Shown: positions 17,979-29,240, counted from the stretch's first letter. The stretch is DNA of 54,098 nt from Parcubacteria group bacterium GW2011_GWA2_43_13 (GCA_000999025.1 LCFM01000007.1:1-54098), one strand, 5' to 3'. Made by a program: numbers and translations. Notes: generated by a model from the sequence alone, not told the origin.

Positions 17979-20207
17979 ATGAAAACCATAACATTCAAAA
18001 TTACAGGTATGCACTGCGCATCATGCGCGATAAAAAATGAAAAATCGCTTAAAAAGATTGAAGGCGTGATGTCCGCTGTTGTGAATTACGCACTGAATTC
18101 GGCAACTGTTGAATATGATGAGTTGCGCGTGCAAGAGATGCAGATTCACAAAGCTATTCAAAAAAACGGATATACAGTAGAAATGGATCATGCTGATCAT
18201 AATGAAACAACAGGCGGTCATCATCATCTGTCAGGGGCCGATGATGTGAAAAAAACAAAAATCAAAGCATTGATTGCAATAATGCTTGCGCTTCCAACAC
18301 TGATTATTGCAATGGGGAAATTGACTTTTGGCCCAGAGATATTAGGAGAGCCATTATCCATGTGGATTGAATCCTTGTTAGGTACGATAACTGTTATCGT
18401 TATTGGTTGGCAATTTCATCGCGGCATGGTGAAACAGGCGCTTCACGCGTCTGCAAATATGGATACGCTCATATCAGTAGGGACACTTTCTGCGGTTATT
18501 TTTAGCTGGTGGAATGTTGTGATTGGAGCAGAGACGCGGTATTTTGAAACAGGCGCGGTTATTGCGGCCTTGATTTTGTTGGGGAAATTTTTTGAAGCGC
18601 GATCTCGCGGGCAGGCGAGTGAAGCGATTGAAAAACTTCTTAAATTGGGAGCAAAAACCGCGCGTCGTATCATGAATGGAGTTGAGGAAGACATTCCTAT
18701 TGAAGAGGTAAAGATAGGAGATATTCTTTTAGTAAAACCGGGTGAAAAAATCCCGACTGACAGCGTTGTTGTATCTGGTGAATCTGCAATTGATGAATCC
18801 ATGCTCACCGGTGAAAGCGTTCCGGTTGATAAAAAAATAGATGACCAAGTATTTGGCGCGACAGTGAATACGAATGGCGCGTTGACAATAAAAGCTGTTA
18901 AAATTGGCAACGAAACCGTGCTGGCGCAGATTGTGAAAATGGTATCAGACGCGCAGACGCAAAAAGCTCCGATCCAAAAATTGGCAGATAGTATATCTGG
19001 AATTTTTGTGCCAGTTGTTATTGTACTTGCTATTATAACCGGCATTGTATGGTATGTGATTTCCGGCTCAATAGAGCCGGCGCTTGTGAACGCGGTTGCC
19101 GTATTGGTGATTGCGTGTCCATGCGCGTTAGGGCTTGCAACGCCGACAGCGATTATGGTTGGCACGGGCAGGGGAGCAGGTCTTGGTATCTTAATTAAAA
19201 ATGGGGAATCGCTTGAGCGGGCAAAACGGATTGATGCGGTTATGTTTGATAAAACAGGGACGCTGACAGTTGGTAAACCGGTTGTGACGGATATCATTTT
19301 TGTAGAGACGTCCCGTGGGGACGTCTCCGATGAGACGCGGCAACGCCACGTCTCTACAGAACGCGACCTTCTCCAAATCGCGGCAAGTGTTGAAGCGTTA
19401 TCAGAACATCCTCTTGCTCAAGCAGTTGTAAATAAAGCAAAAGAGATGAGTGCTGAGATTTTTTCAGCTCAAAATTTTCAAGCCATTTCAGGTAAAGGGG
19501 TACAGGCAGTAGTTGATGGGAAGATGGTACTCATTGGAACCATGACATTTATGACTGATAACAGCATTGACGCTACGAGCATTGAATCGCAAAAATCAGT
19601 ATTAGAATCGCAGGCAAAAACAGTGTTTATTGTTGCATTAGATAGTGTGGTTATTGGGTTGATTGCTGTTGCCGATACCATAAAAGAAGATGCAAAAGAA
19701 GCAGTTGAGATGTTGAAAAAAATGCACATTGATCCGGTGATGATTACAGGTGATAATCAAAAAACAGCACAAGCAATTGCGAATCAATTGGGCATTACCA
19801 ATGTTCGGGCAGAAGTTTTGCCGCAAGATAAAGCGCGCGAAGTAAAAGCATTACAAGAACAAGGTAAAAAAGTCGCGTTTGTGGGTGATGGGATCAATGA
19901 TGCTCCTGCGTTAGTGCAAGCAGATTTGGGCATTGCTATGGGAACAGGCACTGATATCGCGATTGAAGCAGGCAATATTGTGCTGGTAAAAGGCGATCCG
20001 CGCAAAGCAGTGGAGGCATTGCGTTTAGCGCACGCGACCTTTAGAGGCATTCAACAGAATTTATTTTGGGCGTTTGTGTATAACATCATCGGCATTCCGT
20101 TAGCGGCGTTGGGATTTTTAAACCCGATTATCGCAGGCGGAGCAATGGCGTTTAGTTCGGTAAGCGTGGTGCTTAATTCTTTGCGATTGAAGCGGGTGAA
20201 GTTGTAA
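17979..20207 (+). CDS. copA: Copper-translocating P1B-type ATPase
   Basis: [43 protein letters not shown]. Confidence 0.93.
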   Translation: MKTITFKITGMHCASCAIKNEKSLKKIEGVMSAVVNYALNSATVEYDELRVQEMQIHKAIQKNGYTVEMDHADHNETTGGHHHLSGADDVKKTKIKALIAIMLALPTLIIAMGKLTFGPEILGEPLSMWIESLLGTITVIVIGWQFHRGMVKQALHASANMDTLISVGTLSAVIFSWWNVVIGAETRYFETGAVIAALILLGKFFEARSRGQASEAIEKLLKLGAKTARRIMNGVEEDIPIEEVKIGDILLVKPGEKIPTDSVVVSGESAIDESMLTGESVPVDKKIDDQVFGATVNTNGALTIKAVKIGNETVLAQIVKMVSDAQTQKAPIQKLADSISGIFVPVVIVLAIITGIVWYVISGSIEPALVNAVAVLVIACPCALGLATPTAIMVGTGRGAGLGILIKNGESLERAKRIDAVMFDKTGTLTVGKPVVTDIIFVETSRGDVSDETRQRHVSTERDLLQIAASVEALSEHPLAQAVVNKAKEMSAEIFSAQNFQAISGKGVQAVVDGKMVLIGTMTFMTDNSIDATSIESQKSVLESQAKTVFIVALDSVVIGLIAVADTIKEDAKEAVEMLKKMHIDPVMITGDNQKTAQAIANQLGITNVRAEVLPQDKAREVKALQEQGKKVAFVGDGINDAPALVQADLGIAMGTGTDIAIEAGNIVLVKGDPRKAVEALRLAHATFRGIQQNLFWAFVYNIIGIPLAALGFLNPIIAGGAMAFSSVSVVLNSLRLKRVKL
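19301..19358. repeat. Family B palindrome inserted in frame inside copA
   Basis: TGTAGAGACG...CGTCTCTACA encodes [19 protein letters not shown]. Confidence 0.9.
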
Positions 20208-20214
20208 TTTCATC

Positions 20215-20249
20215 TCCCCCTCATTGATAAGGAGGGGGGATGGGGAGGT
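20215..20249 (+). repeat. REP-like palindrome, family A
   Basis: TCCCCCTCATT gat AAGGAGGGGGGATGGGGAGGT after the copA stop. Confidence 0.65.
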
Positions 20250-20310
20250 AAAAAAATAGTCCTGCCGACTGGGTGATGTTGAGGTTCACCAAGTCGGCAG
20301 GACAGCCCTG

Positions 20311-20808
20311 TCAGGAAGAGTATGTCGCCACTCTTCCTGACTCGAACGTGCATTCGTCGAGAGCAGTCATCCCTGATGCTGTATGATGTTCTGCTCTGTC
20401 CAGATGGGCAGTTCCTATCAACACTACTCTGATGATCAACTCTTCTTCTTCTTTCTCAACCCTCCTTACCGCCACCTCGTCCCAAATGATGTGGAAGCGA
20501 GGATAAGGATTCGCATTGATTGGACGAACCCAGCCAGCCGGAATCGAGAATCGTCGTTTGAGTTTCGGAATCGAAAATTCGATTCGCGGAGGCAACTCAA
20601 ATCTCGATTTTGGCGCGGGCCTGTACTCGCAATCCTTCATCCAATCGGTGAGCGATGCATCGAAACACCCTTCCCCAAGAGGAAGAGGAACGCGTGCTCC
20701 TGCCTTTCGCTTGGCACGAATTTTTTTAGTAGGATGCCCATTTTTCCCTACGAGTTCGAGTTCAATAGAGACGAACGAATTCGTGGTTTCATGATAGTAC
20801 CGGTTCAT
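20311..20808 (-). CDS. Hypothetical protein
   Basis: ORF with AAGGAGAAGG upstream of the ATG at 20808; no recognised motif. Confidence 0.55.
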   Translation of the reverse strand: MNRYYHETTNSFVSIELELVGKNGHPTKKIRAKRKAGARVPLPLGEGCFDASLTDWMKDCEYRPAPKSRFELPPRIEFSIPKLKRRFSIPAGWVRPINANPYPRFHIIWDEVAVRRVEKEEEELIIRVVLIGTAHLDRAEHHTASGMTALDECTFESGRVATYSS

Positions 20809-20965
20809 GATACCTTCTCCTTTTGAGTTGACTCGCAAACGGAAGCGAGTATGGTATTAAAACAGATGAGTATTATTTGTCAAATTTGTTGATATTCATT
20901 GTATTTTAATGTTTTTAGATGTATGATATTAGGAATATCAGAGTAAATTAATCCACAATATTCCT

Positions 20966-21547
20966 ATGAAATTTGAACTTTCGCAACTTCCCTACGCGTA
21001 TAACGCGCTTGAGCCATATATTGATGCTCAAACCATGGAGATTCACCACGCAAAGCATCATCAGGCATATATTGATAAACTCAATACAGTAGTTGAAAAA
21101 TATTCCACGCTCGCTGATATGAGTGTTGAGGATTTGCTTAAAACTCTTAAAACGCTTGAAGTAGATGAAGTAGATAGAATTGCGATACAAAATCATGGTG
21201 GTGGCCATGCTAATCATGCGTTTTTTTGGGATAACATGGCGCCACAAAAACAGGGCGATGAAACACTGAAATCAGATATCGAATTAGCGTTTGGTTCGAC
21301 AGACGCGTTTAAGCAAGAGTTTGCAAAAGCCGCGGTCTCTCGATTCGGAAGTGGCTGGGCATGGCTTGTGCGTGATGAAGATAACGCGCTTAAAGTATAT
21401 TCAACCGCAAATCAGGATTCGCCATTATCGCAAGGCCATACGCCCATTATCGGCCTTGATGTGTGGGAACATGCGTATTATCTCAAATACCAAAACCGTA
21501 GACAAGAATATATTGATAATTGGTGGAGTGTGGTGAAGGTGTTATAG
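20966..21547 (+). CDS. sodA: Superoxide dismutase (Mn/Fe, Mn-like signature)
   Basis: [44 protein letters not shown]. Confidence 0.93.
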   Translation: MKFELSQLPYAYNALEPYIDAQTMEIHHAKHHQAYIDKLNTVVEKYSTLADMSVEDLLKTLKTLEVDEVDRIAIQNHGGGHANHAFFWDNMAPQKQGDETLKSDIELAFGSTDAFKQEFAKAAVSRFGSGWAWLVRDEDNALKVYSTANQDSPLSQGHTPIIGLDVWEHAYYLKYQNRRQEYIDNWWSVVKVL

Positions 21548-21553
21548 AAATTG

Positions 21554-21587
21554 TGTAGAGACGCCCCGCCAGCTGGCGGGGCGTCTT
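21554..21587. repeat. Family B palindrome, probably acting as a terminator between convergent genes
   Basis: AGACGCCCCGCCAG/CTGGCGGGGCGTCT followed by a T run. Confidence 0.7.
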
Positions 21588-21624
21588 TTAAATAAAAAAA
21601 CACACGGCAACCAGTAGACGTTGA

Positions 21625-23178
21625 TCACCGTGGTAAAGCAGGGATGACGCGACGCAGTGCGTCTGTCAAGTTCCGCGAAAATGCTGAATTCTCTACCCAG
21701 TACACGCGATAACGGTCGCGTGGGGTTGAGAGTTCCATGATTTTCGCGGCATGTTCTGGTTCAGCGTCCCCGAATGGTTGAATCCCCTTTTTCGATCGCA
21801 CAAGCCAATCGAGAGGGACTTTCAATTGCGCTGGAGCTTCTTCCAGAACAACACACTGACAGCCATTGCGTTTGAGTTCAACCTCAAAGTGGGTTGCTGC
21901 TTCTTTTGACTTGAAACCTCGAATATGGGTTTGATAACGGAAACAGAGCAATGTGTTTTCCGTATCCGTCACAGTGCCCAATGTTTTTTTCAAGAAGTAT
22001 GCAAGTTCGTCATCCCCCACTGCAAGGAGAAATTCTCGAGTAAGAATTCCCGCCCTATACAGTGGCTTAAGGATGATATTCGCTAACATTACTTCTTCGA
22101 TACGAGCACCTGGGTGCCAGTACAGGTGCGTTCCCAGGATAGCGCGGAGTTCCAAGAAGACGCCAAGCCGTTTCGCGTTCGTGAAATAAGGGTTTTCTCC
22201 CTGTACGCGAACGCTATCCCATATTCCGCAGACAAGCGGGTAGCGGGTAACGAGTTGGTTGATCATCTGCGTTCCCGCGAGGTCTGGCCATTCGCTTGGG
22301 AATAGTGATCGGAACCACTTGGTGTCGTTCGCGACATACGCGATTTTATCTGCGATGTCGAGAAGTTTACCAAGGAGTCCTTCATTGCGGATGATGGCCC
22401 ATATTTCCTTTTGAGTGAAGTTGAATCGACGGACGAATTCGCGCCATGCTTCACCGGTGAGGATTTCGGGATAGTTGCGATCTTCATCGAGCCCGAGTCG
22501 GTCGATGATTTTAGTGGTATCCCCACCGCCTGGAGTAAGAGCGTCATGGGTTGCGGTTGCAAACCCAAGTTTGACTTCATCGCGGTAGGATAGGTTTACT
22601 CCTTTTGCGATCAACATCCCGATAATAAACACATCAAACGTGTGCGCGAATCGGCCATGTCCGTATCTTTCTAAATAAAGATTTCGGAACGGCTGATACG
22701 TATCGTTGACCGCAGGAATATGGAGGAAGCTCAATTGTCGCGTTCTTCTTAACCTCCGCAAGTTGAAGCCATCAACCACCTGTTGCAGGAGTCCATCTTC
22801 CATGGTAGTACACTGTATCCCGGTAAACGGGATTTCATTGATGATCATGAAGACGGGATCCAGCGCCTCATGTGCTCGATTGGCATGGATGTGTCTTCTC
22901 ACTTGTATAGGTAATTGTGCTACCCATGCCGGTTGTTTGTCTTTTTCCACTCCTTCCATTTCATGTTGAGCGATGACTTGGAATGCACTCATGGCAGGAT
23001 CACCGAGTCGTATTTCCGCATCTGGAAAGAGTTGTTGAAGCAAACCAGAGCGGGCAATCCAATGATAAACTCGCCAGAGTCGCATCCAACTTTTCCAATG
23101 TGGCCGCAACACAATACTGTCTCCAATAGAGAGACAGCCCTCCATGCCCTGGAGGTATCGAGCTGTTACCTTTGGCAT
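21625..23178 (-). CDS. HD-domain phosphohydrolase (SAMHD1/dNTPase-like)
   Basis: LRRTRQLS, HGRFAH, THD, DIADKIAYV; AAGGAG ribosome-binding site. Confidence 0.75.
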   Translation of the reverse strand: MPKVTARYLQGMEGCLSIGDSIVLRPHWKSWMRLWRVYHWIARSGLLQQLFPDAEIRLGDPAMSAFQVIAQHEMEGVEKDKQPAWVAQLPIQVRRHIHANRAHEALDPVFMIINEIPFTGIQCTTMEDGLLQQVVDGFNLRRLRRTRQLSFLHIPAVNDTYQPFRNLYLERYGHGRFAHTFDVFIIGMLIAKGVNLSYRDEVKLGFATATHDALTPGGGDTTKIIDRLGLDEDRNYPEILTGEAWREFVRRFNFTQKEIWAIIRNEGLLGKLLDIADKIAYVANDTKWFRSLFPSEWPDLAGTQMINQLVTRYPLVCGIWDSVRVQGENPYFTNAKRLGVFLELRAILGTHLYWHPGARIEEVMLANIILKPLYRAGILTREFLLAVGDDELAYFLKKTLGTVTDTENTLLCFRYQTHIRGFKSKEAATHFEVELKRNGCQCVVLEEAPAQLKVPLDWLVRSKKGIQPFGDAEPEHAAKIMELSTPRDRYRVYWVENSAFSRNLTDALRRVIPALPR

Positions 23179-23275
23179 CAGAGTGGCTCCTTGGTGGTGT
23201 GTGCTGAATAGTTTTCAGCAGACCAGAATAACACGGAGTATTGTATACGTCAAAACAAAAAACCAACGAAAGAGG

Positions 23276-23986
23276 TTATTTCTTCCGTTGTGTTTGGTGA
23301 ATGAGTTGAACAGGGATCATTGTTACTGCCCGATTGTAGGGCATGGATTCTATGGTCGTCTTTTTTTGGAGCTGGATTGTACGGGTCATCGCTGTCCAGT
23401 GCTGGGTCCATGTGATCCCGTTCGGTCGCGGTTTTTCTATCCATGCGCCTGGACACATAGTCGGTCGCACTTCGCGGTGTCCCCGCACATAGATGATGGG
23501 GAATTTCCTTGCGTAGGCGCGTATCAGCATCTCGCACCGCCGTAACGCTATCGTACTTGGCTGGCTCTGGGAAAAGTCCCCATCAAAACAGATAGCCACA
23601 GAGCGGAGGTTGTTTTCTGCCTGTGGCGTACTCCACGCCACGTCAGTGTCTTCAAGTAGTTTTTCCGCAGATCCGTCGTTGTGGATAAGCCAGTGATATG
23701 CCACATAGGTCTGCTCAAGAACAATAACGCCATCCTCTCTTTGCGTTTTGCGAATGTGTCCGGGGAAGGGTTTATCATGATAGATGCGGAGTCGGTGCGA
23801 TAGCGACAGTCGCTTTGCATCCATAGGGACATCAATCCCTGTGTGGTGGATAAAGATCGTATCCGTTGGGATGCGGCGCTGTTGCTTTATTGTTTCCCAT
23901 CGGAAAATTGGTTGAGAGCTTGTCGGGCACGGCACGATCATCATCAGAGCCCATAGAAAGTAAACAAAAAAAGTGCGGTTCATCAT
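23276..23986 (-). CDS. N-acetylmuramoyl-L-alanine amidase (Amidase_2/PGRP-like), secreted
   Basis: Signal peptide; IFIHHT, AYHWLI, ICFDGDF, GHREV..TMCPG zinc ligands. Confidence 0.82.
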   Translation of the reverse strand: MMNRTFFVYFLWALMMIVPCPTSSQPIFRWETIKQQRRIPTDTIFIHHTGIDVPMDAKRLSLSHRLRIYHDKPFPGHIRKTQREDGVIVLEQTYVAYHWLIHNDGSAEKLLEDTDVAWSTPQAENNLRSVAICFDGDFSQSQPSTIALRRCEMLIRAYARKFPIIYVRGHREVRPTMCPGAWIEKPRPNGITWTQHWTAMTRTIQLQKKTTIESMPYNRAVTMIPVQLIHQTQRKK

Positions 23987-24078
23987 CGTCCCTCCTGATT
24001 TCAACCTTATCAGTCATCTTTTTTTGTGTCAAAATATTCAATTGTATTTTTAGCGGATGTATGAGATATTTTTAAAGT

Positions 24079-25320
24079 ATGAAACAATGGATTGCAGTAG
24101 TATTGATATCGGTTTTTGTGATTGCGGGCATGGGTGTGCCTGCGCGTGCCGCACGGCTTCCTGATCTTTTAGGGAAAATTGTTATTCAGACCGATGGATC
24201 AAAAGGGATGTGGTATATTTCACCCCGCGACAAGAGCCGCTATTATGCAAAAAACGAGGCAGAGCTTTTTGTTATTGCGTCGCAAAAAAGCATTGGCATC
24301 AGCAATAAGGATATTAAAAAAATTCCATTGTCAGCAAAGCAAAAAGCGGATAAAAAATTAGTACAGCGGCTGAAGGGATTGTTTGTTCTTCAAGTAGAAG
24401 ACAAAGGCAAGATGTGGTATATCAATCCGACAAATGGCATACGGTATTATGTGAAAGACGCGCAGGCATTACGCGATCTTATGTTAAAAATCGGCGTAAA
24501 GGAAAAAGGGGTAGTTATTGCTTCTTATGCCATGAATCGCGCACAGCATATACAAGACCCGATTTTTAATGATGTCGCGTATGTCGCATATTCAAATGAG
24601 ACATTCAGCAATGCAAAAAACGCAGATACGTTGCTTCCATTCGCATCTCTTGCAAAATTGATGACTGCGCTTGTTATATTGGAACATCCAATTGATTGGG
24701 ATAACAAAGTGGTGATTACTCAAGAGCAGATTGAGTATCCGTGGCAGTATGCTGATAAAGGCACAACGAGTGAAATTGACCTTAAAGCAGGAGATCGTGT
24801 TTCGTTGCGCGATTTGTGGAGCGCAATGCTCATTGCGTCTTCAAATCAGTCAGCTATTATTTTAACAGATGCAAGTGGCATGGATCGGGAAGCATGTATC
24901 AAACGCATGAATGAAAAAGGCAAAGAAATCGGTATGCTCGCTACGACATTTTTTGATCCTACCGGTCTTGATCCACGCACAATTGGCACGGCAAAGGATA
25001 TGGCGCGGCTTGCGGAAACTGCTTTTGATGATTTACAGATAGCGCACACCTCGGCAACAAAGGATACGATTATCATATCAGTGGCAAACGGCGAAACAGA
25101 GCGCAATGTATCAATAAAAAATCGCAATACCAGTTTATTGGCATTTGAGCCGTCTGCATCGAAAACCGGATTTTTAACAGAAGCCCAGCGCACGGTTGCG
25201 TTAAAGAAATATGGGGCAATTATTGTCGTGCTTCACGCGCGGAGTATGAATGAACGCAATACTGTCATTCAATCGTTGATTGATGGCATTTCACAATCAC
25301 AGTCCATTGCTGTGAATTAA
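24079..25320 (+). CDS. D-Ala-D-Ala carboxypeptidase (S11) with duplicated N-terminal surface domain
   Basis: ASLAK, SSN, KTG; two QxxxxGxMWYIxP repeats. Confidence 0.8.
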   Translation: MKQWIAVVLISVFVIAGMGVPARAARLPDLLGKIVIQTDGSKGMWYISPRDKSRYYAKNEAELFVIASQKSIGISNKDIKKIPLSAKQKADKKLVQRLKGLFVLQVEDKGKMWYINPTNGIRYYVKDAQALRDLMLKIGVKEKGVVIASYAMNRAQHIQDPIFNDVAYVAYSNETFSNAKNADTLLPFASLAKLMTALVILEHPIDWDNKVVITQEQIEYPWQYADKGTTSEIDLKAGDRVSLRDLWSAMLIASSNQSAIILTDASGMDREACIKRMNEKGKEIGMLATTFFDPTGLDPRTIGTAKDMARLAETAFDDLQIAHTSATKDTIIISVANGETERNVSIKNRNTSLLAFEPSASKTGFLTEAQRTVALKKYGAIIVVLHARSMNERNTVIQSLIDGISQSQSIAVN

Positions 25321-25330
25321 TCTCTATTCT

Positions 25331-26947
25331 ATGTGTATACGCATTTTCTTTGCATTGTTTCTCTTTATTCAGATTGCGACATTCCCGTTGATCGGACATG
25401 CATCGCAAGAGCAAGATCAAACACAATCATCTCAACAAGAAGGCGAGGTTCTTCCCTCAATGATCAGGGCTGTTGAAGCAAATGCCGGAGATGATCAAAG
25501 CGCGCTGGTTAATACCGAGTCGTTTTTCAGTGCTGAAAAATCAGTGATTTCCCAGGGCAGAGAAGAGGGCGTGTCATATGTGTGGAGTTTTGGCGATGGA
25601 GCGACTGGGATGGGCAGGGATGTTAGCCATGTGTATAAAGAGCCCGGGGAATATCGCGCAACGGTTATTATTGAGGATAGCGGAATCAATAGCAAAGACA
25701 GCGATGATATTATTGTGCGCGTGATGGAAGATGCTATTTTTTTAATGTATACCGAAGATGTGCCTCAAGAAAGTATTGCAGAAGCCGTTACTGCTGGCCA
25801 ACGAAATAATTTTCTCGTCCATCTTTTGGGAGTAAAAAAAGACGCGCAGGATTTTGTGCTTGAGAACAATCTTTCAAATGAATTATTGGAACGGACAGCG
25901 GAAATTCGCAAATCAAAATTGATTGTGTTGTGGACAGAAGGATCAATCGGCATCAACGCGCTTGCCCGATTCGGCCAGACAATTAAAAATCCTGGCGATT
26001 TTTCTAAAAAAGGCATTGTGGTTGTTGAGGAAAGTTCATCCAATATTTTAGCGCGTCTTGCTCAGCCGATTTTTGACATTTTTACGCCACAATATTTATT
26101 GATAGCATCTCCGCGTTTAGTGTCGCAGATTATTCAAGACACAACAACAGATACGGTTATTGCGAATGTTCAGCAAAGCGGTGAACAGTTTCGTATTTTG
26201 GGAATTCACTCGCGCCGCGATGTCAGCACGCTCACACCGTACAACTTTTTTTCCGTGTTTATTAACTGGCTGATTAACCGCGGTGTTTCGGTTAACACGG
26301 TATTTTTGATTCTGATGTTGCCGATTATTGCCACTATCGTTGCTTTTTCGCGTCAAATTATTGGCATTAAAACATTTGGTATTTATATTCCAACTATTCT
26401 TACCATTACGCTTGCAACAACCGGGTTGAAAGAGGGGTTGATTATTTTGGCAATGATTTTGTGCATTGGCACTATCGCACGCATGGTATTAAAAAAATTA
26501 CGTTTGCTGTATCTGCCTCGCGTTGCGTTGGTACTGACGTTAGTGAGCTTTGCGATGCTGGCCCTGCTTTCGGCAAGCACATATTACCGCACCCTTAACC
26601 TTATTGGTGTATCCATTTTCCCGATTCTGATTTTGATTGTATTGGTTGAAGAGTTTGTGAAAGTGCAGATGGAGGAAGGTACAAAAACCGCCACGTTTAT
26701 CACAACCGAAACGTTAGCCATTGCAATAGTGGGATATTATGTTGTGCAAACATCATTTGTAAGGAATTTTGTGTTAAGTTATCCTGAAATAGTTTTGATT
26801 ACTGTGTTGATTAATTATATTCTTGGCAGATGGCACGGCCTGCGGTTGCTTGAATATTATCGGTTTCGCAATGTGCTTGCCGTTATTTCAGAACAAAAAG
26901 AAAGTAAAAAGAAAGTTCCTCAAGATCATGAGAATGAGCAAGGATAA
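25331..26947 (+). CDS. PKD domain plus 7TM transglutaminase-associated membrane domain
   Basis: YVWSFGDG...HVYKEPGEY (PKD); LMLPIIAT..RQIIGIKTFGIYIP, FPILIL, GLRLLEYYRF. Confidence 0.8.
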   Translation: MCIRIFFALFLFIQIATFPLIGHASQEQDQTQSSQQEGEVLPSMIRAVEANAGDDQSALVNTESFFSAEKSVISQGREEGVSYVWSFGDGATGMGRDVSHVYKEPGEYRATVIIEDSGINSKDSDDIIVRVMEDAIFLMYTEDVPQESIAEAVTAGQRNNFLVHLLGVKKDAQDFVLENNLSNELLERTAEIRKSKLIVLWTEGSIGINALARFGQTIKNPGDFSKKGIVVVEESSSNILARLAQPIFDIFTPQYLLIASPRLVSQIIQDTTTDTVIANVQQSGEQFRILGIHSRRDVSTLTPYNFFSVFINWLINRGVSVNTVFLILMLPIIATIVAFSRQIIGIKTFGIYIPTILTITLATTGLKEGLIILAMILCIGTIARMVLKKLRLLYLPRVALVLTLVSFAMLALLSASTYYRTLNLIGVSIFPILILIVLVEEFVKVQMEEGTKTATFITTETLAIAIVGYYVVQTSFVRNFVLSYPEIVLITVLINYILGRWHGLRLLEYYRFRNVLAVISEQKESKKKVPQDHENEQG

Positions 26948-26961
26948 TATAGATTCCGTAT

Positions 26962-27052
26962 TGTAGAGACGTGCCGTTGGCACGTCTTGAATACATACTA
27001 CCGCTTTGAGACGCCATTCCTCCAGGCGGGTGGGTAGCGAGGCGTCTCTACA
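26962..27052. repeat. Family B composite palindrome
   Basis: TGTAGAGACGTGCC...GGCACGTCT ... GAGACGCC...GGCGTCTCTACA. Confidence 0.8.
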
Positions 27053-27064
27053 CAACGATATTTT

Positions 27065-28534
27065 ATGGATATCTTCAAAATGTTGAAATCAAGTAAATCG
27101 CTTCTCGGGATGAACTCCCGCAATCTTGAATTTGTTCATCCTTCTAATGCAAAACGGGCAGTGCAGATTGCAGATAATAAACTGCTGACAAAACAGGTAT
27201 TGCAGAAGCATGATATTCCAGTGCCAAAGGTGTACTCTGTGATAGGCACTAAAAAAGATATTAACGCTTTTTCTGCTGATTCATTGCCAGACAGTTTTGT
27301 GTTAAAACCCAATCGCGGGTTTGGCGGCGAAGGGATTCTGATTGTGTATGCGCGAAAAAAAAACGGCTATTGGATTGATTCTGATAAAAATGAAATTTCA
27401 AGCGATGATATTAAATCGCATTTGCAGGATATTTTAGATGGCAGATTTTCACTGTCTGATACGCCTGACATTGCTTTTTTTGAAGAGCGCCTTGTGAACG
27501 ATCCTCTGCTTAAATCCATTGCGTACAAAGGTGTGCCTGATATTCGAGTGATTGTGTATAATAAGGTTCCGATTATGGCAATGATGCGTTTGCCAACGCC
27601 GGAATCGCATGGCAAAGCAAACCTTCACATGGGTGGAATCGGTATCGGGATTGATATTGCAACCGGCAGAACAACGCGCGCGATTCAGTATGACGAATTG
27701 CTTGTGCTTCCTGGCGGAGTTACTCCGTTAGATGGGTTTAAAATTCCTATGTGGGAAGATATTTTGCAACTTGCAATTCGCGCTCAACAGGTGAGTGATT
27801 TGGGGTATTTGGGTATTGATATTGTGTTGGTAAAAGATAAAGGTCCGGTGGTGTTGGAGTTGAACGCTCATCCTGGGTTATCAATTCAAATTGCCAATAT
27901 GACCGGCTTAAAAGAACGGCTCTTGCGCGTGCGTGGTCTTGATGTTGATTCAATTGAAAAGGGGATTCGCGTGGCAAAAGAATTATTTTCTGATCATTCG
28001 CTGATTGATCGAGAAGGCACGGTGGTTGCGCCGGATGAACCGAAAATTATCCGTTCATCAGAGAGTGTGTATGTGTATCATAAAAACGGCGATGATCGGA
28101 TGAAAGTGAACGCGCGTATTGATTCCGGCGCAAAAACAACATCGCTTGATTTGGAACACGCGCGTTTGATTGGATTTGACGATGCAGTAGAATTTTTAAA
28201 AGAATATCCGGTCGGCAGTCCCATGACTGCGACAAAAGCTGAACGTGTGCGCACAAAAATTGCTAAACAAATAAAATCACATCCGGATATTGTTCGGGTG
28301 CGCGCGATTCATTCCGCATCCGGATCAACAGTTCGGGCGTATATTCCGCTGACTATTAAATTAAAAAATAAAAAAGTAAAAACCGTTGCCGCCTTGATTG
28401 ATAGAAGTCATTTAAAATTTCCTATGATTATCGGCAGAAAGGATTTAAAAGGATTTCTTGTTGATCCCGCGCTTGAGCACACAGTTCAAGATGTAACCCC
28501 ACCCTCTCCGCCAACTGGCGGGCCCTCATCGTAA
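27065..28534 (+). CDS. Alpha-L-glutamate ligase-like ATP-grasp enzyme fused to a retropepsin-like protease domain
   Basis: GMNSRN, DNKLLTK, VLKPNRGFGGEG, PDIRV, ANLHMGG, LELNAHPGL; C-terminal ARIDSGA, DRSHL.FPMIIGR. Confidence 0.85.
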   Translation: MDIFKMLKSSKSLLGMNSRNLEFVHPSNAKRAVQIADNKLLTKQVLQKHDIPVPKVYSVIGTKKDINAFSADSLPDSFVLKPNRGFGGEGILIVYARKKNGYWIDSDKNEISSDDIKSHLQDILDGRFSLSDTPDIAFFEERLVNDPLLKSIAYKGVPDIRVIVYNKVPIMAMMRLPTPESHGKANLHMGGIGIGIDIATGRTTRAIQYDELLVLPGGVTPLDGFKIPMWEDILQLAIRAQQVSDLGYLGIDIVLVKDKGPVVLELNAHPGLSIQIANMTGLKERLLRVRGLDVDSIEKGIRVAKELFSDHSLIDREGTVVAPDEPKIIRSSESVYVYHKNGDDRMKVNARIDSGAKTTSLDLEHARLIGFDDAVEFLKEYPVGSPMTATKAERVRTKIAKQIKSHPDIVRVRAIHSASGSTVRAYIPLTIKLKNKKVKTVAALIDRSHLKFPMIIGRKDLKGFLVDPALEHTVQDVTPPSPPTGGPSS

Positions 28535-28588
28535 GCGAGGGGCAATCCTTCCTCATAGAGGCATCACCCTGTCTGGCTCCGCCGTTCA

Positions 28589-28649
28589 CCCCTCCTCCGA
28601 GAGGAGGGGATACTCCCTCTCCTTGATAAGGAGAGGGTTGGGGTGAGGT
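28589..28649 (+). repeat. Cluster of family A palindromes
   Basis: CCCCTCCTC cga GAGGAGGGG and CCCTCTCCTT gat AAGGAGAGGG TTGGGGTGAGGT. Confidence 0.8.
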
Positions 28650-28694
28650 ATTTCATTTGTATACATATCTATAGCAATTTTCTAAAAAAATATT

Positions 28695-29240
28695 ATGGAT
28701 GATAAGATATTTGCCACACCAGATGGAGCATTTGCGCATATTCGAGAATGTGCTGATACAGATGAAGATACCCAAGCGGCGTTGGAATTTATAAATGCAA
28801 TCCGTGCGGAAGATGCCATGATTTCTAATTCTGGCCCTCCGTTGTTATTTGAGCAGGAACGGGTATGGATACAAGAAACAGTGCGTGAGTGCAGGAATAA
28901 AGAAAAAGTACTCCTTTCTGCTTGGGACAATGCAACACTGGTGGGGACAAGTGAAATAGTACGAAAAAAAGACAGGTCTACCCATGTCGGCGTGTTTGGC
29001 ATCACTCTCTCAAAATCATGGCGTGGAAAGGGGCTTGGTTCATATTTGATGAATGAGATTATGCAAAAAGCCCACACCGAACTTGGCATTACGCATGTAT
29101 TTTTAACGTGCTTTGCGGATAATGTGTCTGCGCAGGCACTGTACAAAAAGATGGGGTTTGTAGAAACAGGCAGAAATCCAGATATGATCCTGTATAAAGG
29201 TGTACTCATGGATGAAATTACCATGATGAAAAAAATGTAA
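28695..29240 (+). CDS. GNAT family N-acetyltransferase
   Basis: WRGKGLG, N..AQALYKKMGF. Confidence 0.88.
   Translation: MDDKIFATPDGAFAHIRECADTDEDTQAALEFINAIRAEDAMISNSGPPLLFEQERVWIQETVRECRNKEKVLLSAWDNATLVGTSEIVRKKDRSTHVGVFGITLSKSWRGKGLGSYLMNEIMQKAHTELGITHVFLTCFADNVSAQALYKKMGFVETGRNPDMILYKGVLMDEITMMKKM

Noticed and set aside
18443-19297. 284-aa antisense ORF within copA and similar shadow ORFs elsewhere
   Set aside because: Fully antisense to well-supported genes and without motifs of their own
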